Translations under genes and position numbers: made by a program | DNA from: a virus | Lineage: Duplodnaviria; Caudoviricetes | Virus record (IMG/VR): IMGVR_UViG_3300043432_000485 | Coordinates: 1-64,000 of that record | Length of the DNA: 64,000 nt | Strand: one strand, 5' to 3' | Part shown: positions 45,239 to 52,959 of the stretch, piece after piece | How the letters are laid out: the number at the start of each line of letters is the position of its first letter | Numbering within the stretch: the stretch's first letter is position 1 | The notes under the pieces: model-generated | Seen by the model: only the letters and a program-made list of their open reading frames with translations | What the model was told of the DNA's origin: nothing | Databases searched by the model: none

Positions 45239-45313
45239 TGGCGGTCCCGAGGTGATTCGAACACCCCTACTGCAATTTTAGAGGTTGCTGCCTGGCCACT
45301 AGGCTACGGGACC
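45239..45313 (-). tRNA. Amber suppressor tRNA, anticodon CUA (tRNA-Trp-like scaffold)
   Basis: Full cloverleaf GGTCCCG/CGGGACC, D stem GCCT/AGGC, anticodon loop CT-CTA-AA, TTCGAAT T loop, G73 and encoded CCA. Confidence 0.93.
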
Positions 45314-45426
45314 ATGTCCTACATCTACACCATTTTATGGATTCTGTCGCGCTCTTTTGTCTGGAGTTTTTGACCGCCCAAGTGTCTTAGGGGTAAGACT
45401 TCCCTCTGAACCAAAGGACACTGAAC

Positions 45427-46299
45427 ATGGGTAAGACAGCAATCAAGGCTCCTCGCGGCAAGACCAGCTTCCGGCTCGATCCGAACGACCCGCGCCTGCG
45501 TCTCATCGGGCACGACACCAACCACAAGGATGGCGAGCACATCTGCTACCAGGAGCGCGCCCACCTTCCGGTGGATGAGGAGTTCGCGCAGTACATGGCG
45601 GTCCATGGCTGCACCAGCGTCCTCATCGTCTTCCGGGACGGGGACTTCCTGGACATCGTGGTCGGCCGCCGCCGTCTCAAGGCTGCACGCCGCGCCAACG
45701 AGATCCGAGCTGAGCGCGGGCTGGACCCGATCCGCATCGAAGTCCAGGTCTTCGACGGTACGCCCCTCGAAGTTCTGGCCCTCATGATCACCGAGAACTC
45801 GCGGCGTCTCGAACCGCACGCCATTCAGATGGCGCTCGATCTCAACCGCTTCCTCCGCCTGGGGGCGACTCTTACGGAGGCAGCGTTCACGATCGGCAAG
45901 TCCGAGCAGACGGTCACCAACTACATCAGCCTTCTGCGCCTCTCGACTCCGGTGCAGGAAGCGGTTGCCCGCGGTGACCTCGCGGTGTCGGCGGCCATCG
46001 AACTGCTGAGCCTCACACGCGACGAGCAGACGGTCGAGCTGGTGAGCTTGCTGGCAAAGGGCGAGCGCCCGACGGCCGCCAACGTCAACGCGGCGGTCCG
46101 TACCAAGAAGTCCGGTGAGGCGGTTTCCCCCGCGCCCAAGACGCGCACTCTCCGCAAGCTGATCGCAGCGGAGGGCGCCGAGGAAGTGCTCGGGGAGAAC
46201 GGGATCGCGCTCATCCGCTTCGTGCTCGGCGAGCTGCCGGCGCGCAACATCAAGGGCCTGACCGAGCTGCTCCGCAAGGTGGAGAGCAAGAAGGCCTGA
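45427..46299 (+). CDS. ParB/Spo0J-like protein
   Basis: VVGRRRLKAA, ITEN..R, HTH region; high GC. Confidence 0.8.
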   Translation: MGKTAIKAPRGKTSFRLDPNDPRLRLIGHDTNHKDGEHICYQERAHLPVDEEFAQYMAVHGCTSVLIVFRDGDFLDIVVGRRRLKAARRANEIRAERGLDPIRIEVQVFDGTPLEVLALMITENSRRLEPHAIQMALDLNRFLRLGATLTEAAFTIGKSEQTVTNYISLLRLSTPVQEAVARGDLAVSAAIELLSLTRDEQTVELVSLLAKGERPTAANVNAAVRTKKSGEAVSPAPKTRTLRKLIAAEGAEEVLGENGIALIRFVLGELPARNIKGLTELLRKVESKKA

Positions 46300-46309
46300 C
46301 CAACAACCA

Positions 46310-46337
46310 ACGCCGCCCGGGGAAACCTGGGCGGCGT
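46310..46337 (+). terminator. GC-rich hairpin, probable terminator
   Basis: ACGCCGCCCGGG-GAAA-CCTGGGCGGCGT just after stop; weak U-tract. Confidence 0.6.
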
Positions 46338-46355
46338 ATCGGTGTAATCATAGCG

Positions 46356-47036
46356 GTGCGGAACAGAGCCCACAAGAACCTATCCCTGAGTTACTACCAA
46401 GAAGGTGGTGCCCCAGAGGTATGCGCCACGCTCAATCTGACACCTCCGGATACCAGGCAGTACGTGCTCCGGATGTTGGTGCACCACCCCATACATGGGT
46501 GGGAGATCCCGTCAGACTTGGCTTGGTTGGCCCCCGGGATCGCGCTGGCCGTCGACTACCAAAAGTCGGTACTGCACAGAGAGGTGGCCTACTGCTATGT
46601 CACCGTCCGACATGGGGAGGTAACCTCCAGCACGGATGATGTATGGCATGTGGACGGCTTTTCGATGCGAGAACCTCACTTGCCGGAGCACGACTACCTC
46701 TGGTGTGACCGCAGTCCTACCGAGTGTTACACGGCAGGCGTGCGTGTGCCGGATGACTTTGATCCGATGCACCACAACCTACACTGGCTCTTCCAGGACG
46801 TGATCCCTGAGGGAGCCCCCGTTCACACTTTACCGACACGAACGCTGGTGGTGATGGACCCCTACCACATCCACCGGCGGCCCAAGATGCCCATGGGAGC
46901 GCATCGAACTCTGGTGCGTATCTCCATGTTACCTATACCCATTTTGACCCCGGATTGCGCCGTCAACCCGGCATACCCTCCGACGGTGTTGGACCGAGAA
47001 GACATTCGTCTGAAGTTGGCGCGGTACCCAATTTAA
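46356..47036 (+). CDS. Putative 2OG-Fe(II) oxygenase-fold protein
   Basis: WHVD and distal H.R..R.L.RIS arrangement. Confidence 0.55.
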   Translation: MRNRAHKNLSLSYYQEGGAPEVCATLNLTPPDTRQYVLRMLVHHPIHGWEIPSDLAWLAPGIALAVDYQKSVLHREVAYCYVTVRHGEVTSSTDDVWHVDGFSMREPHLPEHDYLWCDRSPTECYTAGVRVPDDFDPMHHNLHWLFQDVIPEGAPVHTLPTRTLVVMDPYHIHRRPKMPMGAHRTLVRISMLPIPILTPDCAVNPAYPPTVLDREDIRLKLARYPI

Positions 47037-47072
47037 CCCTGGAGTTCTTTCGCGCTGAAGTGTAGTAAAGGC

Positions 47073-48785
47073 ATGCCCTGCTACGAAGTACAATACCACA
47101 TGAACAAACCATCTAAAACCCGATTCTGCCCTCTCAACCGCAAGCTCCTTGCCGCATATCCAAGCGGAGAAGAGCAGATCGCCCTCGGAGAGCAAGTGGC
47201 CCTCAAGGTGTTCAAAAGCCGGGCCACGTTCCCCTACACTCGCATCATCGAGATCGTGGGGATGATGCAGGTGGGTAAAACTCTTACCGTCAAGGCGGCG
47301 ATCAACAAGCTGACTAGTCTCGCCCCGGAACTGCGCCCATTGCTCATGTACTTCATGAGCCAGAACCAGAACATCAATAAGGTTCAAGCTGAGGACGATC
47401 TAGATCCTGACCCGAGTTCCAAGGACATAGGATGTGAACCTAACGCCATGTGTGAAGATTACATCGGCTTACACCCAAGTGCATTGAAGCAGTTCCTTGG
47501 TGGGAGGTTGGCTGGTAAACGCGCAGACGATGATGGAAAGCTTCGTTATTTTAGGGACTGGCGCAAATTGTTAGCTCGTGGTCATCAGCTCATCTTAGCG
47601 TTTGACGAGGACCATCAAGCGCTGAATCGGAACGGGCAACTTAGCAAGCTCTTTTCAGCACTTGGCATCAGCTTCCGCGACGGGCAAGAAACCATCCCGG
47701 AAAACGTAATGATATTGGCCATAGGTGCCACTGGGTGGCCTACGCGCCTAAAAGGTGTTGAGCGAGTGAAGGTGCCGGAGACCAGGGACTACTTGAGTCC
47801 TGAGGGTCTCTTTCCCCGTCTTCATCACATTACCGAGGAAGTTGTGGATGACAATGGGGAGGTCACCACTTCGTTCACAAAGTTTCTCAAGAGGTGTGCC
47901 AAAAAGCAGCCTATGAGCCTGGTCGTTCAAGCTTCTGGAGACAAGCACCTACGTGGGCACCAGGCTATAGCAAAGGCATATCGGGCTCACTACAAGAGTT
48001 TGGGGGTTCCGCGGGTCTCAGTGGTGTCCTACGGATCTACCGTTGCTTGCGACAAGCCGGTAGAGGAGTTTCGAAAGGACATGCTCCGTAAGCCTACGGA
48101 GCCAACCCTCAGACTGCTCATCAACAGCTACGGTTGTGGCATGCGTCTTGACGCTGAGATGTCCAGGTACATCTGTGGTCGCTGGCTAGGTTGTGGGGTG
48201 AAGCCGGGACAGTCGTTTGCGGACGTCCAAGCCGATGTGTGGGCTCAACGTCTGGGCCGAGATTGTGGACGTAGAAAGCGTCATCTAACCTATCCAATCG
48301 CTTGTCACGCCGAGTTCATGAAGTGGGTGATAAAGCAGATGCGCGCTGACATCCCACTCAAAGGAACCTACACGACCTCCAAAGTCAAAGGACGGCGCAC
48401 TCAAGGTGGGGTGAAGGTTTATCGAGAACTAGTGGCGGTCACTGAGAAAGTCGCACGCGCACGCTACTGGTCTGAAAAGGATGGAGAGAAACTTCCCAAC
48501 TGCGTGCGGCCAGGTGGCCGTACCGTCAGTACAGGTAAGAGAAATCGTGACATCTTTCGCCTGATGCTTGGCGGCAACTCTATCGGCACAAGGCATCACC
48601 ATCGTGAGTTTTGCTACATCGAAGTGCCGACTCCAGGGTATGAAGATTCATTTAAAGAGTTCAAGGCCAAGTACCCGGAATTCTTCAAAGAAAATGGCGG
48701 TACCGGTTACGTGGAAATGGTCCGCGTCACGGCGGCAAACGACACGTTCACAGTCCCGCACAAAAAGTCAAGCATGATGGCCTGA
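47073..48785 (+). CDS. Divergent SF2-like helicase/ATPase
   Basis: GMMQVGKT Walker A-like, LAFDEDH DExH, QRLGRDCG motif VI-like. Confidence 0.6.
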   Translation: MPCYEVQYHMNKPSKTRFCPLNRKLLAAYPSGEEQIALGEQVALKVFKSRATFPYTRIIEIVGMMQVGKTLTVKAAINKLTSLAPELRPLLMYFMSQNQNINKVQAEDDLDPDPSSKDIGCEPNAMCEDYIGLHPSALKQFLGGRLAGKRADDDGKLRYFRDWRKLLARGHQLILAFDEDHQALNRNGQLSKLFSALGISFRDGQETIPENVMILAIGATGWPTRLKGVERVKVPETRDYLSPEGLFPRLHHITEEVVDDNGEVTTSFTKFLKRCAKKQPMSLVVQASGDKHLRGHQAIAKAYRAHYKSLGVPRVSVVSYGSTVACDKPVEEFRKDMLRKPTEPTLRLLINSYGCGMRLDAEMSRYICGRWLGCGVKPGQSFADVQADVWAQRLGRDCGRRKRHLTYPIACHAEFMKWVIKQMRADIPLKGTYTTSKVKGRRTQGGVKVYRELVAVTEKVARARYWSEKDGEKLPNCVRPGGRTVSTGKRNRDIFRLMLGGNSIGTRHHHREFCYIEVPTPGYEDSFKEFKAKYPEFFKENGGTGYVEMVRVTAANDTFTVPHKKSSMMA

Positions 48786-48872
48786 TTAGCGTTGCAGGGC
48801 CGCATGGAGGCCAGTCGACGGTGTATAGAAGAGTGTTCGGGTGCATCGGCTAGGTGTAAGTAAAGGGGCGCG

Positions 48873-49052
48873 ATGGAATCCATCAAACCCGCCCCATCAC
48901 CTGATTCCGTGCGCCATGCGATGGTCCTGCACCGTCTGGCGAAGCACCCTTTCGAGAGAAGGATTCCAGGCCGCCTCGTACAACAAGACGGCCTGGATAT
49001 CCACATGGTATGCGGGGTATGCTCAGAAGTGATCTATGTGCTGAGCAACTAG
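48873..49052 (+). CDS. Small hypothetical protein with CxxC
   Basis: GGTGTA motif and GGGG SD upstream; not in supplied ORF track. Confidence 0.5.
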   Translation: MESIKPAPSPDSVRHAMVLHRLAKHPFERRIPGRLVQQDGLDIHMVCGVCSEVIYVLSN

Positions 49053-49366
49053 CGGGAGAGGGCCAGGGGTAGAGAGCTAGTGATCCTCCTCCCCTCGGGT
49101 CCGAGCGCGATTGCAGTCAGCTCGTTGTTGCGATCCGGCTCCCTGAATCTGGACACCTGGATGTACCGGCCTTCAGCTTTCTTGGCCAGTGCCTCCAAGG
49201 CATCCTCATTGGGAGCCACCAGTAGCGCTAGGGTGTTGGACTCTTGGTGCCATTGCTTGGCTACCTATCCATGTTCGAAAATGAACTCGGTTATGGCATG
49301 TATTGATTGTACTGCCTGTTGTGCATAGCTTAGATCAGACCTTACAATCACGTATAGTTTCGAGAT
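49049..49366 (-). CDS. PTH2-like protein with in-frame TAG (49265-49267) and no canonical start next to it
   Basis: ISKLYVIVRSDLSYAQQAVQSIHA...EHG*VAKQW..SNTLALL..FREPD.NNELTAIALGP..TSSLPLAL. Confidence 0.8.
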
Positions 49367-49952
49367 ACGTGATCGCCGTTCGCATTGCTGTGGTGTTGTC
49401 ATGAAAATATCCTAGTCCTTGGTTACAGGGGTTACACAGAAGTCCACGAACCCTGCCTGAGACATGGTCGTGATCTACATCGAATCTATTTGGGGTGCCC
49501 CTACATATTGCACATACCCCACCTTGAAAAGCTAACATGTCATTGTATTCATTTAGGGTTATGCCATGTGTTTTCAATAGGTAGCCATTTTTCCTACGTT
49601 CTTGGTTCTTAGCTACCCAGGCTTGCCATACGATTTTTCTCTTCTCTGGATTGGAATTTCTCCAGGCAGTATTTTTAGCCTTTTGGCACGCTTTGCAACA
49701 GCTTTGGAGGCCTCCTTCACCCGACTTGCTGAGGTGATACTCAGTGACTGGTTTAGTTTCCATACAGGTAGAGCAACGTTTGGAGCCGGTTGTTCTAACC
49801 GGGGCGCCATTCTCGGCTCTGGACTTTCTCCATTCCTTAGTGCGTTCCCTCTGACAAAGCTTACAGTAGGCTCCAACCCCCTGGCTACCCCTGGAAGCTT
49901 TGTGAAAGGAATCTATGGGCAACTCTTCTTGACATCTCGAACATTTCTTCAT
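49335..49952 (-). CDS. Endonuclease VII-family homing endonuclease
   Basis: Tandem CxxC zinc modules; CAIC..DVDHDH..RVRGLLC..CN; low GC. Confidence 0.88.
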   Translation of the reverse strand: MKKCSRCQEELPIDSFHKASRGSQGVGAYCKLCQRERTKEWRKSRAENGAPVRTTGSKRCSTCMETKPVTEYHLSKSGEGGLQSCCKACQKAKNTAWRNSNPEKRKIVWQAWVAKNQERRKNGYLLKTHGITLNEYNDMLAFQGGVCAICRGTPNRFDVDHDHVSGRVRGLLCNPCNQGLGYFHDNTTAMRTAITYLETIRDCKV

Positions 49953-49992
49953 ACAGCAGCAGAGCAACAAGAATAGTATTGAGTCAACAGGC

Positions 49993-50568
49993 TTAGAGGC
50001 CATCTGGACCTCCAAAGAGCTTCTGACAGATGGCACGGCCCCGCCGGTCAATCTGTTTCCACTTGATCTTGAATGACGTGCTCTCTGGGCCTCCAAACAT
50101 GGAGGCGTTTGCGTGGATTTCCGCTAGGCCTGAGATCAACAACGTGGGTGCTTCCGGAAGAGCGCAGAACGCATCTATCCCATCAGCTTTCAAGGTGTGG
50201 ATCTTCATGTCGAGCCGCATCAGATTGGCGGAGGCCTGGGTTCCACCTACGCCAAGCCACGTACGGTACGAGACCTCAGCGTGCTCCGGGAACTTGGTTA
50301 TGCCATCTGACTGGCAGTAAGGCTTCCCACAGTCATGATAGGTCGTGTACTCCTCGATGATGTCGATTGGAGCCAACGCGCTTAACAGCTGCCCTCGATA
50401 CTGTTTGATCCAACTGGGCAGTACCCACCAACCCTCTAGATGCCCTCCTTGCAAATAGGAGATCAACTGGAGGGTGTGCCAACGGACTGACAATCCATGG
50501 TCAAACACTGACTGACCTTTGGTTTGTTGACAGTCCTGCATGTCTTGGATGAGGTCAATCTACGTCAT
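49993..50568 (-). CDS. HD-domain protein; proposed start has TAG as codon 3 (50560-50562)
   Basis: YHDCGKP, FP.HA..S; GAGGA SD 5 nt before ATG-ACG-TAG-ATT, in frame with ATG 50541. Confidence 0.75.
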
Positions 50569-50881
50569 CGGAGTCCTCATCAGCATCAGGGTCCATACCG
50601 GCTAGAATCATGGCATCGAAGTCCAGGTAGCGGACTGCCCACCAGCCTATGATTTCTTTGTCCTTGAGATCCGGGTACCGGGGCCTGTCCTTAGCGTCGT
50701 AGTACCTGGCTTTCAGGTCCTCCATCGTGTAAGGGATGTGCGTTTCATGTCTGCGACGTCGACCATCTTCATAGGTATAGCGCCGCAGCCCTAGGATGGA
50801 TTCGAAAAGCTCATGGTTGGCACATGAGACCTGATACTCTTCCGCACTCATCGGAACCACACCAAACACGCGGGCCGCCAT
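50555..50881 (-). CDS. Hypothetical protein
   Basis: Operon position; start uncertain. Confidence 0.6.
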   Translation of the reverse strand: MAARVFGVVPMSAEEYQVSCANHELFESILGLRRYTYEDGRRRRHETHIPYTMEDLKARYYDAKDRPRYPDLKDKEIIGWWAVRYLDFDAMILAGMDPDADEDSDDVD

Positions 50882-51210
50882 TGGTGTGCCATCTGGATCT
50901 GGGTCGACGCTCCCTTCACCAATACAGTCGAACCAGTGAGGGGCTCTAGCTCGTTCTGGATGAAACGACGCCGGTAGCGGAAGGCGTCTATCACTCCAGT
51001 CTGCAGCTCTACGAGCCGGTTCAGATCAGTGTGCTCCAGAGTCCTTAGCCACACCTCATAGTCCGAGGCTCCTCCGAACCCGTGCCCTTTCTCTTTGGAG
51101 AAAAGCAGGGACAGGCCGCCCCTTTTCATGGGGGTGGCTTGGAACACTAGACGCTGGAGACGTTTGATCTCAGCCTGCAGCTGTTGAATGGTTTGCTCTT
51201 GCTCGGTCAC
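50848..51210 (-). CDS. Hypothetical coiled-coil protein
   Basis: GTGA coupling with upstream gene. Confidence 0.6.
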   Translation of the reverse strand: MTEQEQTIQQLQAEIKRLQRLVFQATPMKRGGLSLLFSKEKGHGFGGASDYEVWLRTLEHTDLNRLVELQTGVIDAFRYRRRFIQNELEPLTGSTVLVKGASTQIQMAHQWRPACLVWFR

Positions 51211-51566
51211 TCGGCAGCCTCCGTGACCTGGGCCACTACCGGCGCCGCTGCATTCAACCACTGCTCGATAGCTTCGCTGGAAAGTGCCAGCCCTCGCTGA
51301 TCAGCCATGGCTTTCATCCCACGGTTGATCCAGTAGAGGACATTGCGATCGTACTTGGGCTCCACCACATGATGGGGGATTCCGCGCAACATCGCGTAGC
51401 ACAACAACAGGCATCGGGTGTCGCGGCCGTAGCTGCGCTTGTCGTCCCAATGCTGCCAGCGGTCCATACCGCTAGACCCATGGATCAGCTTGCGGATCTC
51501 GCGACTCTCCGCTTCACGTTGACGTAACTCTGCTTTCAATTCCGGGAACTTAGACTTCTTGCTCAT
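51207..51566 (-). CDS. Conserved phage hypothetical protein, first gene of the TAG operon
   Basis: AGGAG SD inside hairpin; R.LLL.YAMLRG.P...VE motif. Confidence 0.75.
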   Translation of the reverse strand: MSKKSKFPELKAELRQREAESREIRKLIHGSSGMDRWQHWDDKRSYGRDTRCLLLCYAMLRGIPHHVVEPKYDRNVLYWINRGMKAMADQRGLALSSEAIEQWLNAAAPVVAQVTEAAE

Positions 51567-51676
51567 GACAATTTCTCCTGTGACTGGGTGTTGACTCGTT
51601 GAAGACAACACGTCACAGGAGGGCCACGCGCGCGAGCCCAACTAGCAATCTACCAGAGATGTCCGTGAATCTGCAT
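51563..51676 (-). promoter_or_regulatory. Leader peptide/attenuator: MQIHGHLW*IASWARARGPPVTCC...EKLS with SD-sequestering hairpin
   Basis: TAG at 51650-51652; hairpin 51575-51621 (CTCCTGTGAC/GTCACAGGAG plus GTGTTG/CAACAC); read-through TGA overlaps next ATG. Confidence 0.8.
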
Positions 51677-51685
51677 AGTGGGCCT

Positions 51686-51713
51686 AATATAGTGGCTATT
51701 GCCTACCTGTCAA
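51686..51713 (-). promoter_or_regulatory. Sigma70-type promoter
   Basis: TTGACA (51708-51713), 16 nt, TATATT (51686-51691), 9 nt before leader ATG. Confidence 0.75.
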
Positions 51714-51731
51714 GAGACAAGTAGAAAAATC

Positions 51732-52076
51732 TCACCAATCCCGGTCTTCGTCCATCTCATGACGGCGGCGGCTGCCCTTGTGCTGCTTTCGCGGCCGTGA
51801 AGGCATCTCGGGCGCGGGCTCATACCTGGGCTGCGAACGGTAGACTTCGGGGGCGGGCGCAGCGCGATGCTGGGCGGCTCCGGGATTGAACCCCTGTCCG
51901 GCTGCAGCGGCCTTGCGCTTTGCTCGGCAGCTCGGGCACCGGGTGGGAGGGTTGAACTGCTTCTCGGCAAAGAATGCCTGTTCCCCTGCTGTAAACACAA
52001 ACTTTTCGGGACAATCCCGACACATCTTTTCCTGATCTACGTAATCCGACACTGACTCAGTCTCCTTTGGTTGCAA
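51732..52076 (-). CDS. zf-trcl zinc-ribbon protein
   Basis: CRDC..FVFTAGEQAFFAEK.F..PTRCPSCR. Confidence 0.88.
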   Translation of the reverse strand: MQPKETESVSDYVDQEKMCRDCPEKFVFTAGEQAFFAEKQFNPPTRCPSCRAKRKAAAAGQGFNPGAAQHRAAPAPEVYRSQPRYEPAPEMPSRPRKQHKGSRRRHEMDEDRDW

Positions 52077-52080
52077 ATGG

Positions 52081-52497
52081 TTAGGGCCTCATTTTAGAGA
52101 GGCGGCTCGCTACTTCCTGGGAACCCTTTGAGGAGAGCCCAGATTGACGTCGTATGTTTACCCGCATAACAGGTTCCGCGCTAGTGTTCACAGTGTAGTT
52201 AATGGTGCGCGGAACCGATTCTTCTAGTCCCGGGCGCGCTTGGCGCCGAGCCAGGTCTTTTGAGACCCGCGTCACCAGCAAGAACAGCTCGCTCTTAGCG
52301 GGGTCCCCCTGATTGTGATCGGGGTGCAGCTCTAGGGCAGCCTTCTTGTAGTTCTTGCGTACCTTAATCTTCAGCTTCTTGAGGGATGCCTCTCCTTCCA
52401 GAAAGGGGGCATTTTCTATGCTCTTCAGTTCCGCCTCGGTGACACCAAGGACCTGGTAGGCTCTCTGAAGATCGTATGCTGAAAGTGGCGCGGGCAT
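52081..52497 (-). CDS. J-domain (DnaJ-like) protein
   Basis: AYQVLGV..KNYKKAALELHPDHN. Confidence 0.8.
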   Translation of the reverse strand: MPAPLSAYDLQRAYQVLGVTEAELKSIENAPFLEGEASLKKLKIKVRKNYKKAALELHPDHNQGDPAKSELFLLVTRVSKDLARRQARPGLEESVPRTINYTVNTSAEPVMRVNIRRQSGLSSKGSQEVASRLSKMRP

Positions 52498-52560
52498 GTG
52501 GGTTGAGGCCGGTGGGCCTCACTCAATCAACATAGTGGGGGCACAAAAGCAAACGTGCTA

Positions 52561-52959
52561 TTAGGAACGCCCATAGTTAGTGTAGAACACGAGTCCGGAA
52601 GGCATCTCCATAGGCTTGATTTCAACCTCCCCAATCTGAAACAACCCAAAACTGGACGGTGGAGACTCTGGCTTAGGGGGGTACTCTAACAATAGTCCGG
52701 GGTTCTCATTATTGATGAGTGCATAAGCCTCCTTTACCGGCAAAGACAGTCCCCGAGCCGTGTTGGTAGCGGTCGATGAATGATGATCATGGCTGCATCT
52801 GGGTTTGTGAATCACCCAACCAAGGGCTTCTAACTCAGCCTCGTTGTGGGCATGCACCTTCTTAGATTCAATCAGCCATTGACGCTCGCGCTCGAAATCC
52901 TCTGGTGCCCAATTATCTACGCCGAGTCTGCGGATCCCTGGGAATGTTTGTTCGGTCAT
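52561..52959 (-). CDS. Hypothetical protein
   Basis: Start overlaps upstream stop. Confidence 0.6.
   Translation of the reverse strand: MTEQTFPGIRRLGVDNWAPEDFERERQWLIESKKVHAHNEAELEALGWVIHKPRCSHDHHSSTATNTARGLSLPVKEAYALINNENPGLLLEYPPKPESPPSSFGLFQIGEVEIKPMEMPSGLVFYTNYGRS

Noticed and set aside
49361-49994. Self-splicing group I intron call
   Set aside because: The boundaries fit (U before, G at end), but the interval is almost entirely endonuclease ORF and no P3-P7 core was recognised. Kept only as an open question in findings.
50848-51060. Possible frameshift joining the 51210 and 50881 genes
   Set aside because: The second frame is open well upstream of its ATG, but no slippery site or shared domain was recognised.
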